Positions 40,076-50,756 are shown, counted from the first letter of the stretch. The stretch is DNA of 64,000 bases from an uncultured Gemmatimonadaceae bacterium (GCA_963751275.1 CAVVTZ010000007.1:640001-704000); one strand, 5' to 3'. The notes: generated by a model from the sequence alone, not told the origin. Numbers and translations are program-made.

Positions 40076-41239
40076 CTACGCGATCCGCTCTTCGATCGCG
40101 TGAGCCTCGGGGACGACGCGCACTTTCCGGGAACGGGGAGCCTTCGCTGGCGTGGTGCGGTCCATCTCCGCGGGGTGCGTGCGGAACCACCAGCTCAACA
40201 ACAACAACTCGTCGATCTCGTGGGTGGGCAGCCGCGCGCCTTCGGCTTCGCGCGTGCCGAAGACTTCCTCCATCACGAGCGCGTGGTGGCGCTTCTCCTT
40301 CGCGCTCACCGGCGGCGCGCCCTCGGCCCGCACGCGCCCGCGGCGGATGAGATAGACGCGGTCCTCGCCGTTCCAGCCGGGGACGTTATAGGAGAAGGAC
40401 AACGACTCCACCGCGAAGCGCAGCCGCTCGAACTGGTCGCGCAGCGCTTCGAGCCGTTCGAGCTTGTCGCGCATGGCCGCGGCGCGCTCGTATTCCATTT
40501 CGGCGCTGGCGCGGAGCATTTCGAGCCGCAGTGAATCGAGCGGCGTGTCGTCGGCGCCGTCGAGGAACGCCTTCGCGAGCGCGACACGCTCATCGTACTG
40601 GCTTTCGGTGCACGCGGCGACGCAGGGGCCGAGGCATTTGCGCACTTCGTAGCGGATGCAGCCTGGGGTGCGGGGCGTGAGCGAGAACAACTCCGCCTGG
40701 TCGGCGAATCGCATGCGCGAATCGAGGGTGCAGTCGCGCAGGCCGAGTACGTCGGAGAGCTCGCGCACGCTCTCGCCCACGTGGCGCGCGCCCTGGAAGG
40801 GGCCGTAGTACGTCGCGCGATCGTCGCTCGCGCCGCGCACGACCATGAGGCGCGGAGCCGGCGGGCGCGAGAGCTTGATGAACGCGAAGTGCCGCGCGTC
40901 GCGCTTGAGCATGAAATTGAATCGCGGCCGGAGCCGCTTCACCTGCTGCAGCTCGAGCAGCAGCGCGGCGAATTCGCTCGGCACGTAATCCCAGTCGATG
41001 CGCGCGGCCTCGCGCACGAGGCGCGCGCCCTTCTCTTCGGGGAAGGGGAGCCGGAAATAGCTCAGCAGCCGCGAGCGCACCTTCTTGGATTTCCCCACGT
41101 ACAGCACTTCGCCGTCGTCCGTGTGCATGCGGTAGACGCCGGGACGGTCCTCCGCGTTCGCGCGCACGTGCGCCTTGAGCTTCGCGACGTTGGCCGCGTG
41201 CGACGCGGCCTCGAGCTGGCGTTCGGCGCGCTTGCTCAC
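40076..41239 (-). CDS. GIY-YIG nuclease, UvrC N-terminal/Cho-like, with UVR motif
   Basis: PGVYRM..VLYVGKS..R.RLLSYF; Cys cluster DC..C....KCLGPC; YERAAAMRD. No RNase H or HhH C-terminus. Confidence 0.85.
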   Translation of the reverse strand: MSKRAERQLEAASHAANVAKLKAHVRANAEDRPGVYRMHTDDGEVLYVGKSKKVRSRLLSYFRLPFPEEKGARLVREAARIDWDYVPSEFAALLLELQQVKRLRPRFNFMLKRDARHFAFIKLSRPPAPRLMVVRGASDDRATYYGPFQGARHVGESVRELSDVLGLRDCTLDSRMRFADQAELFSLTPRTPGCIRYEVRKCLGPCVAACTESQYDERVALAKAFLDGADDTPLDSLRLEMLRASAEMEYERAAAMRDKLERLEALRDQFERLRFAVESLSFSYNVPGWNGEDRVYLIRRGRVRAEGAPPVSAKEKRHHALVMEEVFGTREAEGARLPTHEIDELLLLSWWFRTHPAEMDRTTPAKAPRSRKVRVVPEAHAIEERIA

Positions 41240-42063
41240 CGCTGGCAGTAAGCGCAGAAGACCGTCGCGCGGCCGTCGATCGCGTCGGTAGTGGCGAGGT
41301 GCACGCCGCAGCGCTTGCAGGGCTTGCCGGCGCGGCCGTACGCGGCGAGTTGCGACGCGAATTCGCCGCGCTCGCCGGTGGCGTCGCGATAGTCGCGGAA
41401 GCTGGTGCCCCGCGCGGCGATCGATTCGCGCAGCACGCCGGTGATCGCGCCGTGCAGCGCCGTCGACTCCGCGGCGGTGATCGTCTCCCCCGCGCGCGAC
41501 GGATCGATCGAGGCGCGCCAGAGCGCTTCGGTCGCGTAGATGTTGCCGATGCCGGCGAGCCGGCGCTGGTCCATGAGGAGCTTCTTCACCGCCTGTCGGG
41601 ACCCCCGAAGAAGTCCCGATAATAGGGCCGGGGTGAACGAATGGTCAAGCGGCTCGGGGCCCAGTGCGCCCTCGTACTCCGCCCAGCGCGCGCGCGACAT
41701 GAGCATCACGGTGCCAAGTCGCCGAATGTCGCGATAGTGCAGGGTGCGGCCATCGGCGAGCGCGAAGGCCACGGTCGAATACTCGCGCTCGCGGTCCGGC
41801 AGGTCGCCCGCATCGATGATGAGCGCCCCCGTGAAGCGCGGCTGCACGACGATCCGCTCGCCCGTGCTCAGCTCGATCACCACGAGCTTCGCGCGGCGCA
41901 CGGTGCGCATGATATCCGCGCCGGCCACGCGCCGCTTGAGCGTGCTGGGCGACACTTCGCGCAGCACATCCGAATGCGTGACGGTCACACTCGTGATGCG
42001 TGCCCCGCTCACCGCGCGGTCTAACCCGCGCGCGATGGTCTCAGTTTCCGGGAGCTCGGGCAT
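41236..42063 (-). CDS. mutM: Formamidopyrimidine-DNA glycosylase
   Basis: MPELPE, RRAK, GIGNIY and a C-terminal CxxC..CxxCQ Zn finger. Confidence 0.95.
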   Translation of the reverse strand: MPELPETETIARGLDRAVSGARITSVTVTHSDVLREVSPSTLKRRVAGADIMRTVRRAKLVVIELSTGERIVVQPRFTGALIIDAGDLPDREREYSTVAFALADGRTLHYRDIRRLGTVMLMSRARWAEYEGALGPEPLDHSFTPALLSGLLRGSRQAVKKLLMDQRRLAGIGNIYATEALWRASIDPSRAGETITAAESTALHGAITGVLRESIAARGTSFRDYRDATGERGEFASQLAAYGRAGKPCKRCGVHLATTDAIDGRATVFCAYCQR

Positions 42064-43327
42064 TGCGCCGCAGTTCGCGCCATCCGATGTCGGTGCGGAA
42101 CTGCTTGCCGTCGAATTCGATCGCGGCCGCCGCCTCGGCGCTCGCCTGCTGCGCCGCGAGCAGGGTGTTCGCGGTGGCGGTCACAGCGAATACACGGCCG
42201 CCCGCGACGATCAGTTGGCCGCTCGCATCCACGGCGGTGCCCGCGTGGAAGATCGTGACTCCCGGCGACGGCGGGGGAAGCGTGATGCGCGCACCCTTCT
42301 TCGGCGCGTCGGGATACCCGCTGGACGCGACGACGGTGGTCACCGCATGCTCGTCGCGCCACTTGAGCGTGCCGCTGATCGGCCCGCCGCGCGCGATCGC
42401 GAGCAGCGGCGAGAGCAGATCGCTCTCGAGCAGGGGAAGGATCGCTTCCGTTTCCGGATCGCCGAAGCGCGCGTTGAATTCCACCACGCGCGGGCCGCGG
42501 TCGGTGAGCATCAGCCCCGCATACAACAATCCGGTGAACGGCGCGCCGCGCACACGCATCGCGGCGAGCGTGGGCGCGATCACGCGTTCCATCACTTCGT
42601 TTACTAATGCCTCAGTTGCTACTCCCACCGGCGCGTACGCTCCCATGCCGCCGGTGTTCGGACCCTCGTCGCCGTTGAGCAGGCGTTTGTGATCCTGCAC
42701 GCCGAGCATCGGGATCGCGTTCGTGCCATCAGTCAACGCGAAGAGCGAGAGTTCCTCGCCTTCCATGTATTCCTCGACCAGCACTTCGGCGCCCGCTTCG
42801 CCGAACGTCTTCGTGGAGAGCATCGACACCGCGGCGCGGTCGGCTTCCTCCATGGTCATGCACACGATCACGCCTTTCCCCGCCGCGAGCCCCGATGCCT
42901 TGATCACCACCGGCGCGCCGAAACTGCGAATGGCGTGCAGCGCGCCGTCGAGCGTGGTGTGCCGCTCCGCGCGCGCGGTGGGCACGCCAGCGTCGAGCAT
43001 CAGCTCCTTCGCGAATGCCTTCGAGCTTTCGAGACGCGCCGCCGCGGCGGTGGGGCCGAACACGGGCAGCGACGCCGCGCGGAATGCATCCACGATCCCG
43101 GCGGCGAGCGGCGCCTCGGGGCCCACGAATGTCAGATCCGGCTTCTCGCGCCGCGCCAATTCCACGAGCGCCGGCACATCGTTCGCCGCGAGTTCCAAGC
43201 AGCGCCCCATGCGCGCGAGCCCCGGATTGCCCGGAGCGGAAACGATCTCGATGCCCGGATGACGCCGCGCCAGCGACCAGGCGACGGCGTGCTCACGGCC
43301 GCCGCCGCCCACGATCAACACCTTCAT
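42041..43327 (-). CDS. purD: Phosphoribosylamine-glycine ligase
   Basis: GGGGREHA, VGPEAPL, GLAAGKGV, QDHKR, GPNTGGMGAY and EFNARFGDPE. Confidence 0.97.
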   Translation of the reverse strand: MKVLIVGGGGREHAVAWSLARRHPGIEIVSAPGNPGLARMGRCLELAANDVPALVELARREKPDLTFVGPEAPLAAGIVDAFRAASLPVFGPTAAAARLESSKAFAKELMLDAGVPTARAERHTTLDGALHAIRSFGAPVVIKASGLAAGKGVIVCMTMEEADRAAVSMLSTKTFGEAGAEVLVEEYMEGEELSLFALTDGTNAIPMLGVQDHKRLLNGDEGPNTGGMGAYAPVGVATEALVNEVMERVIAPTLAAMRVRGAPFTGLLYAGLMLTDRGPRVVEFNARFGDPETEAILPLLESDLLSPLLAIARGGPISGTLKWRDEHAVTTVVASSGYPDAPKKGARITLPPPSPGVTIFHAGTAVDASGQLIVAGGRVFAVTATANTLLAAQQASAEAAAAIEFDGKQFRTDIGWRELRRNARAPGN

Positions 43328-44310
43328 TTCTGCGGAGGTTCTCCCGGCGAGCGGAACGCGCCCGACACGAGGTCGCCGATGTTCTTCACCGCGGCGGCCA
43401 CTTGATCCACCGCGCCGCGCGCCTGTTCCCGATAATGCGCGCCGGCCTCGGCGTAGTCCTCGCTCAGCGGCCGCTTGTCGGCGGCGCCGCGGCGCTGATA
43501 CTCGCCGCCCAGGATCCGGTCGTACCCGCCGCTCTCGATCCAGCGCTGCAGCTCCGCCGCGCGCACGGTGCCGAAGGGATGCGTCTGGAAGGCGACGTTG
43601 AGCAGCTTGAGCAGCGTGTCGAAGGCGCTGCCGGTGGTCTCGTAGTCCTTCGCCTGTACGAGGAACTCATCGAGGCTCGTGGTGTCGCCCTCGTTCGCGC
43701 CGCCGGAGAGACGGAGGAAGACGCGCATCGACGCGAGCGGATCCTGCGTGGCGAGCAGACCCGCGCGGTCGCTTGAGAGTTCCGCCTTGCGGTACCACTC
43801 CATGAGCGCGAGCTGCACTGGGAGCGCAATGAGGCCGAGTCCCGGCACGGCGGTGAAGCCGAGGCGCAGGATGAGCAGCGCGATAGTGGTGTACGTCGCG
43901 TGGCCACTCATGACGTGGCCGAGTTCGTGGCCGAGGATCACGCGCTTCTCGTCGTCGTCGAGCAGCGTGAGCGCGCCGCTGTTGATGACGATGAACGGCT
44001 TGTCGAAACCGACAGCCATCGCGTTGGCGATGGGAGTTTGCGCGACGTAGAGATCGGGGCGCTCCTGCCAGTCGAGCGATTCGAGCACGTCGTCGTAGAG
44101 CGCGTTGAGCTTGGGCCGCTGGCGCGGACCGACTTTCATCGCGCTCGCGGTGAAGAGCAGGCGCACGCCGCGCTCGCCGATGATCGCCATGATCTTGCGC
44201 ACGAGTTCGTCGAAACCGGGGATCGCGCGCAGCGTGTTGAGGGCGGCGCGGTCGGCGGGATGCTCCCACGACGCGGGGGCGATCTGGGTGAGGACTTTGC
44301 GGGCGGCCAT
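43324..44310 (-). CDS. M48 family Zn metallopeptidase
   Basis: WEHPAD, GHELGH, AELSSDRAG and THP...R. Confidence 0.9.
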   Translation of the reverse strand: MAARKVLTQIAPASWEHPADRAALNTLRAIPGFDELVRKIMAIIGERGVRLLFTASAMKVGPRQRPKLNALYDDVLESLDWQERPDLYVAQTPIANAMAVGFDKPFIVINSGALTLLDDDEKRVILGHELGHVMSGHATYTTIALLILRLGFTAVPGLGLIALPVQLALMEWYRKAELSSDRAGLLATQDPLASMRVFLRLSGGANEGDTTSLDEFLVQAKDYETTGSAFDTLLKLLNVAFQTHPFGTVRAAELQRWIESGGYDRILGGEYQRRGAADKRPLSEDYAEAGAHYREQARGAVDQVAAAVKNIGDLVSGAFRSPGEPPQK

Positions 44311-44324
44311 GGAACGCTCCGGTC

Positions 44325-45494
44325 TCAGAGGACGGCGAAGGAATATTCGACGTCGGCCAGGAGATCGGCCACGTCTTCCACGCCACACGAGAGACGGATC
44401 AGCCCCTCGGTGATGCCCATCTCCGCGCGCCGTTCGATGGGCACGGAGGCGTGCGTCATCGAGGCGGGATGACTGATCAGACTCTCCACTCCTCCCAACG
44501 ATTCGGCGAGGGAAAAGATTCGCGCGCGGCGAAGCACTTCGTCGGCCTTCGCCTTGGATCCGGTCTCGACGCTGATCATGCCGCCGAAGCCGGACATCTG
44601 CTTCTTCGCGAGCGCGTGCTGCGCGAAGCTCGGGAGTCCGGGATAGATGACGCGCTCGGGGCCGAGCTTCTTCGCGAGCCAGTCGGCGATCACGCGGCCG
44701 TTCGCGTCGTGGCGCGGCATGCGGAGGTGCAGCGTTTTCGTGCCGCGCAGGGCGAGCCAGCAATCGAAGGGACCGGGCACGGCGCCGGCGCCGTTCTGGA
44801 TGAAGTGCATGCGCGCGGCGAGGTCATCGTCATTGAGCAGTACGATGCCACCCACCATGTCGCTGTGGCCGTTGAGGTACTTCGTGGTGGAGTGGAAGAC
44901 GATGTCGGCGCCGTATTCGATGGGGCGTTGGAAGTACGGTGTCGCGAACGTGTTGTCGACGATGAGCAGCGCCTTCGCCTTGTGCGCGACCTCGGCGGCG
45001 GCCTTGAGATCGGTGATCCACATGAGGGGATTCGTCGGCGTCTCGACGAGCACCGCGACTGTTTTCTTCGTGCAGGCATCGGCGATCTTCTGCGGGTCGC
45101 GCGTGTCCACGAAAGAGAACTCGATGCCGAAGTTGCGGTAGATCTTGTCGAAGAGGCGGAAGGTGCCGCCGTAGACGTTGCTGCCGCAGACGATGTGATC
45201 GCCGGATTTGAATAACTTCATTAACGAATCCACACTTGCGACGCCGCTCGAGAAGGCGAGGCCGTGGCGCGCCCCTTCCAGCGCCGCTACGTTCCGCTCG
45301 AGGGCTTCGCGCGTGGGATTCTGGGTGCGCGCGTATTCGTATCCTTTGTGCTCGCCGAGCCCCTGCTGCACGTACGTCGACGTCTGATAGATGGGCGGCA
45401 TGATCGCGCCGCTCATGGGATCGGGGCGCTGGCCGGCGTGGATCGCGCGGGTGCCGAAGCCCTTGTTCAGATCGTCGTCGAAGACTTTGGTCAT
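44325..45494 (-). CDS. Cystathionine gamma-synthase/lyase (Cys/Met metabolism PLP enzyme)
   Basis: PIYQTSTY, YARTQNPTR, DNTFATP, STTKYLNGHSD and AESLGGVESL. Confidence 0.93.
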   Translation of the reverse strand: MTKVFDDDLNKGFGTRAIHAGQRPDPMSGAIMPPIYQTSTYVQQGLGEHKGYEYARTQNPTREALERNVAALEGARHGLAFSSGVASVDSLMKLFKSGDHIVCGSNVYGGTFRLFDKIYRNFGIEFSFVDTRDPQKIADACTKKTVAVLVETPTNPLMWITDLKAAAEVAHKAKALLIVDNTFATPYFQRPIEYGADIVFHSTTKYLNGHSDMVGGIVLLNDDDLAARMHFIQNGAGAVPGPFDCWLALRGTKTLHLRMPRHDANGRVIADWLAKKLGPERVIYPGLPSFAQHALAKKQMSGFGGMISVETGSKAKADEVLRRARIFSLAESLGGVESLISHPASMTHASVPIERRAEMGITEGLIRLSCGVEDVADLLADVEYSFAVL

Positions 45495-45540
45495 TCGGAG
45501 AATGTGGAATGAGTGAGCGGAATCTAGCGCGGGCGGCGGC

Positions 45541-46615
45541 GTGACGCACCCGGCCGCGCACATGGATCGGCGCTGTCTGATCGTGGACGACGAGCCGTCG
45601 CTGCGCAGTGCGCTGCGCCGCGTGATGCAGGGGGAAGGATTCACCTGCTTCGAGGCGAGCTCCGGCTCCGTGGCGCTCGACGTGCTCGACAGCGAGGACG
45701 TCGCGCTGGTGCTGAGCGACGTGCGCATGCCGGAGATGAGCGGGCCCGAGCTGCTGCGCGAAGTACGTTCGCGCTACCCGGACATGGCGATGGTGATGAT
45801 CACCGCGGTGGCAGAAGTGGAGATGGCGGTGAGTTGCTTGTCGATGGGGGCGATGGATTACATCACGAAGCCGTTCCTCGATCGACGAAGTGCGGGCGCG
45901 GGTGGCGCAGGCGATGGAGAAGAGGCGGCTCCTTCTCGAGAACCGCGAGTACCAGGTGCGGCTCGAGGACAAGGTGAAAGTGCAGCAGGACCGGTTGGAG
46001 TCATTGTTCCTCGCGGGGATCCAGTCGCTGGCGGACGCGCTGGAACTCAAGGATCCGTACACTCGCGGGCATTCGGTTCGAGTGAGCCGGTTCGGGTCGG
46101 CCACTGCGCGTGAAATGGGAATGGACGGGGATTTCGTGCACAGCGTCGCGCTCGGCGGGCATCTGCATGATGTGGGGAAGATCGGCGTGCGGGAGGACGT
46201 GCTGAACAAGCACGGGCCGCTCACGGAAGAAGAGTATGCGCACGTGATGACGCACCCCGTTCTGGGATGGCGGATCTTGCGGCCGCTGCTGAGTGATAAT
46301 CCGGTTCCGCTGAATGTGGTGCGGCATCATCACGAGCGGATGGACGGGCGCGGGGTGCCGGATGGGCTCGGCGGATCGGACATTCCCGTGGAAGCGCGCA
46401 TCATCGCGGTGGCGGACGCGTTCGATGCGATGATGTCGCGGCGGCCTTACCGGAACGGGCTGGAATATCGGGACACGATCATCGAACTGCGGACGGCGGC
46501 GGGGGCGCAGTTCGACCGGGAGGTCGTTGATGCGTTCGTGTCGGTGGCGAAGAAGGGGGAATTGCTGCCGCCGGATGCGGTGGAAGGGCGGGCGGTTCAG
46601 GACGGGAGAGTCTAG
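45541..46615 (+). CDS. Response regulator with HD-GYP phosphodiesterase domain (frameshift near 45885)
   Basis: REC domain (IVDDE, SDVRMP, DYITKPF) plus KDPYTRGHS, HDVGKIG, HHERMDGRGVPDGL, ADAFDAM and RPYR. Confidence 0.9.
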
Positions 46616-46620
46616 CAACC

Positions 46621-46676
46621 CGAACTCCGTGATTCGAACCCCGAACGCCGTGAGGCGTGAGGCGTGAGGCGAACTG
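46621..46676. repeat. Eight degenerate 7-bp units, each starting CG
   Basis: cgaactc cgtgatt cgaaccc cgaacgc cgtgagg cgtgagg cgtgagg cgaactg. Confidence 0.75.
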
Positions 46677-46729
46677 ACTTCACTGCGTGGGTCACCACGT
46701 GTCAGGAACGCGGCAGCGAGGAGCTAGAG

Positions 46730-47596
46730 TTACTTGCAGGCAACGTAGGTCGCGCCCGCCGTCGCGGTGAATTGCCCCGACACCCAGATCGTCATCGCGC
46801 CCCTTCCATCCGCGATGAGCGTGTCCGTCACGCCGGGCCACACACTGGTACCGCCGCTGTCGTGCGCGGCGGGGACGTTGTATTCCAATTCGGCGTCGTA
46901 CATGCTGCTGTTATGCACAGTGAAGCGCGTGTCACACAGGTACGTCAGTTGAACCTCCGGTGGCTCCGCCGACTGCGGCACGTCCATCCCGTATGCTCTC
47001 CGCACGCACTTCGCGAGATTGCGAATCTGCTCGGGCTCCGACTGTGCGATGCTCATCGAATCGAGCACCTTGGCGACGGCGCGCAGCATCGGCGGTGATT
47101 GCGGAGGGCCGGGCGGGGGAGTGTCGTTGTAGGATGTGACCCGGCAACCGGGCCATGTCGGTCCGAGCAGCTCCGCATAGCCCACCGAGGGCGGGAAGCC
47201 CATCGCGGGCTGGTACTGTCCGAGCACGACGAGGAGCGCAGTGACTCGCGCCTGGAGCGTCGCGTTGCGATTGACCGCGACCGCTTCGGCGGCGGCGAGC
47301 AACAACGGGGCGCGATGCTGGATCGCGTCGCTAAGCAGGTCGTGAAGGTGCGCCGTGTCACTCTCGTTGACAGACCGTCGCAATGCGTTGGCGAGGACCG
47401 AATCTCCGAATGCGCCGCAATACGCGATCATCCCGCTGGCGAAAGGGAAATCCTTGCTGCGTTGCGCAGCGTTCCATTCCGCGGCTGCACGAGAGCACTC
47501 CGCGGCCGTCGGCGTCGGCGGTGAGAACAGTTGAGCGTCGGCGATCGATGTCCCGATTACCATGAGAACCAGCGCCAATGGGACGATTATGCGCAT
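46730..47596 (-). CDS. Hypothetical secreted protein
   Basis: Signal peptide ADA|QL; helical core and beta-rich C-terminus; GAGG upstream of ATG. Confidence 0.65.
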   Translation of the reverse strand: MRIIVPLALVLMVIGTSIADAQLFSPPTPTAAECSRAAAEWNAAQRSKDFPFASGMIAYCGAFGDSVLANALRRSVNESDTAHLHDLLSDAIQHRAPLLLAAAEAVAVNRNATLQARVTALLVVLGQYQPAMGFPPSVGYAELLGPTWPGCRVTSYNDTPPPGPPQSPPMLRAVAKVLDSMSIAQSEPEQIRNLAKCVRRAYGMDVPQSAEPPEVQLTYLCDTRFTVHNSSMYDAELEYNVPAAHDSGGTSVWPGVTDTLIADGRGAMTIWVSGQFTATAGATYVACK

Positions 47597-47598
47597 CG

Positions 47599-48994
47599 CT
47601 ACCTCTGGATCTGGATCCGGCTCGGTTGCTTGTATACGGATAGACGCGCCTGGCACCAGCGTTGCACATCCTCTTCGGTCACCGATCCCACGATCTCCAG
47701 CGCGATGTCGTTCTCGCGGCTCGGATCCGGGATGGCGCGAGCGGTCACTGACTTCACGCCTGGCATCTCGCGCACGACCTGCTCGATCTCGCGCGGGTAG
47801 ATGTTGAACCCATTGCGCGTGAACATCGGCTTGATCAGGCCCGCGAATGTCACGACGCCGTCCTTGTCGATAGTGCCCTTGTCTCCGGTGTGCAGCCAGC
47901 CGTCATTCACTTGCAGGCCGTGCTGGCCGCCGCTCACGTAACCGCGGAACACGTTCTCGCCGCGCACGCAGATCTCGCCGTTGTGGATCGCGACTTCCAC
48001 GCCGGGGAAGTGCGCGCCGAGGGTGCCGATGCGGTTCGGTTGCGAACGGGCGGTTGAAGAGACAGACGGGGGCCGCTTCGGTGAGACCGTAGCCTTGGCG
48101 CAGCGGCAGGCCGGTCACGCGCTCCCAGCGCTCCTGCAGTTCCACGTCCATTGGCGCGCCGCCGCAGAGGCATGCGGGGCGTGAATTCGTGCTGAGAGTG
48201 CCGCCGTCGCGCTCCAGGACGATCAGCAGCCCGTGGAAGATGCTCGGCACACCACAGATGACCGTCACGCCCTCTGTGCGGATCAGCTCTAGCGCACGCA
48301 CCGGATTGTAGCGCGGCAGGGTGACGACACGGCCGCCCGCGAGGAGCGGCGCCACAAGCGTGACGGTGAAGCCGAACAGATGCGCGAAGGGGAGCGCGGC
48401 GAGTGCAACAGTGTGCTCATCCATCGTGATCGCCTCGACGCATGCGTGCGCGTTCGCGAGGAGATTCCGGTGCGTGAGGATCGCGCCGAGCGGCACGCCC
48501 GCCATCGCGGAGGTGTAGACGATCGCCGCCTCCTCGTCGCGGCCCGGCGCATCCATCTCGCCCTCGAGTGCGAGCCCGCTGTGCGCGCCGAGGTCCACCG
48601 TCTTGTCCGAATCGCCGATCACGACGCGCGCGTGCGCGGGCGCGTCGTCGAGCAGCACGCGCGCGAATCCGGCGGGGAGCTTCGGCTCGAACGCGGCGAT
48701 GGTGAACACGACGCCCACGTTCGCATCGTGCAGCTGATGTTCGACCTCGGCCGGGGCCGCGAGCGGATTGATGAACACCGCGCCGCGGCCATCGCTCGCG
48801 GCGAGCGCCACGAGGAACGCGGGAGAAGTAGGAAGGAGCAGGGCTGAGCGTTTGCCGCTCAATGCGCGCACGAGCGGCGCGCTGCGCTGGAGCAATGTGA
48901 CGCCGGCCGCCACCAACGATCGCGCCGTCTGCCCGTCCACCTTCCCGCCGCGCGCCGCGGCCGCGAGCGGCACCAGCGCCAGCGGGTCGCTCAC
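47599..48994 (-). CDS. ANL/AMP-binding superfamily protein with degenerate motifs (frameshift near 48040)
   Basis: [33 protein letters not shown] and [10 protein letters not shown]. Confidence 0.85.
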
Positions 48995-50724
48995 AACTCG
49001 AAGCGGGTCATCACTCCCTTGAGCCGCGTGGCGATGTCCGCCAGGTGCTGGCTCGACTCGGTGATGTGCTCCATGCTCGCCGTCTGCTCCTGCACCACGG
49101 CGCTCACCTGCTCGCTCGTGCTCGCGTTCTGCTCGGCGACGATGCTCACCGCCTCGATCTCCTTCGCGAGCGTCTCCGATTCACGCTTCTGCGCGTTCGC
49201 GAACTCGGCGATCCGCGCCACCGCCTCGCGGCTCCCCTCGATCTCGGCGGCGATCTGCGTCAGCGTGCCGGTGCTCGCGCGGATCACGGCTTCGCCGGCG
49301 CCGACGCTGGCACTTACATCGGTAATTCGCTCGGACATGCGCGACGACACGCGCTGCATCTCGTCCGCGAGCTGCCGGATGATCTCGAGCGCGCGGCCGG
49401 ATTCCTTCGCCAACTTCCGGACTTCCTCGGCCACCACGGCGAAGCCGCGCCCGTGCTCGCCGGCGCGCGCCGCTTCGATCGCGGCGTTCAGCGCCAGCAG
49501 GTTGGTCTGCCGCGAGATCGCGGCAATGGTGTCGGTGATCTGCGAGATGCGCACGGACTTCTCGGTCAGCTCGGCCACTGCCGGCACGGCCTCGCTCGTC
49601 ACGGACGAGATGTTCGACATGCTCTGCAGCCCCGCCTCGGCGGCGCTCGCGGCGCGCTTCGCACTGTGCGTCACCGTGTCGGCGGCCTGCTGCGCGCGCG
49701 TGGCGTGCTGCGCCACGTCGTGCGCGCGCGTCGCCACGCGGCTTGACACGGCCACGATGTTCTGGATGCCGGTGGTCTGCTGCGTCGCGGAACTCGCGAT
49801 GGTCTGTGCGGCGCCCGACACTTCCTGCGTGCTCGCGCTCATCTCCTGGGCGCCGGCGGCCAGCTGGTCCGCGGTGGCGGCCACTTCGCTCGCCCCCGCC
49901 TCCACGTCGCGCAGCAGCTCGCGGAGGCCCGCGGTCATCTTGCGGAAGGCGTCGGCGAGATCGCCGATCTCGTCGCCCGAGCTGTATGAGATGTCGTGGC
50001 GGAGATTGCCGCGCGCGACTTCCTGCGCGTGCTGCACCACGATGTCGATCCCCGCGGTCATGCGGCGCGCCACCACGATGGAAACGAAGAGCGCGCCCAG
50101 CAGGATGATCAGTGGGATCGGCGCGATCTCGAGGAAGATCTTCGCCAGGCGGCCGAGGTAGTCCTCGGCGTTCAGCGTGACCACGATGAAGCCGGCGGGA
50201 GTGCCGTTGGCACGGAGCACCGGCGCGCCGGCGGCGAGTTCGCGTCCGCCCTCGCCGGCGTAGAGGCTGCTGGCGCCGGCGTGGCCGATGGCGAGCGAAT
50301 CGGCGAGGCCGGGGGGCGCGGTCCAGAGGGTGCTGTACTGCGGTTGTCCCGCGATCCACGACGAGTGCGCGAGGTAGCGGTACTGCGTGCCGGTGGAGGT
50401 GACGAGCGACATGCCGTTGGTGAGTTCGCTCACATCGCCGCCATTCGCGGTCCACATGCGGCTCATCGTTTCGCGGGTGTGGACGAAGGCGGCGGTGTTG
50501 CGGCCGAAGTTCGCGATGGAGTCGACGGCGCTCGCGGGAATGGCGACGGCGGCGCTCGCGGCGATGGCGGAGAGGCGCTGGCCGTTGAGGGTGGTGAGGG
50601 TGGCGCGGCTGGCCAAATACACGGGCGTAAGAACGAGCACCAGCGTCGCGAGAACGGCGGCGGCGCTGATGATGGCCATCTTCCAACGCAACGGAAGGCG
50701 GTTGAGCGAGCGGCGGAGAGCCAA
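48991..50724 (-). CDS. Methyl-accepting chemotaxis protein (periplasmic sensor, HAMP, MA domain)
   Basis: Two TM helices, DEIGDLA (HAMP) and [34 protein letters not shown]. Confidence 0.95.
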   Translation of the reverse strand: MALRRSLNRLPLRWKMAIISAAAVLATLVLVLTPVYLASRATLTTLNGQRLSAIAASAAVAIPASAVDSIANFGRNTAAFVHTRETMSRMWTANGGDVSELTNGMSLVTSTGTQYRYLAHSSWIAGQPQYSTLWTAPPGLADSLAIGHAGASSLYAGEGGRELAAGAPVLRANGTPAGFIVVTLNAEDYLGRLAKIFLEIAPIPLIILLGALFVSIVVARRMTAGIDIVVQHAQEVARGNLRHDISYSSGDEIGDLADAFRKMTAGLRELLRDVEAGASEVAATADQLAAGAQEMSASTQEVSGAAQTIASSATQQTTGIQNIVAVSSRVATRAHDVAQHATRAQQAADTVTHSAKRAASAAEAGLQSMSNISSVTSEAVPAVAELTEKSVRISQITDTIAAISRQTNLLALNAAIEAARAGEHGRGFAVVAEEVRKLAKESGRALEIIRQLADEMQRVSSRMSERITDVSASVGAGEAVIRASTGTLTQIAAEIEGSREAVARIAEFANAQKRESETLAKEIEAVSIVAEQNASTSEQVSAVVQEQTASMEHITESSQHLADIATRLKGVMTRFEL

Positions 50725-50732
50725 TGAACTAC

Positions 50733-50756
50733 TCGGGAATCGGGAGTCGGGAATCG
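50733..50756 (-). repeat. GGGA(A/G)TC heptamer run
   Basis: tcgggaatcgggagtcgggaatcg is the exact reverse complement of 52266-52289. Confidence 0.8.
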
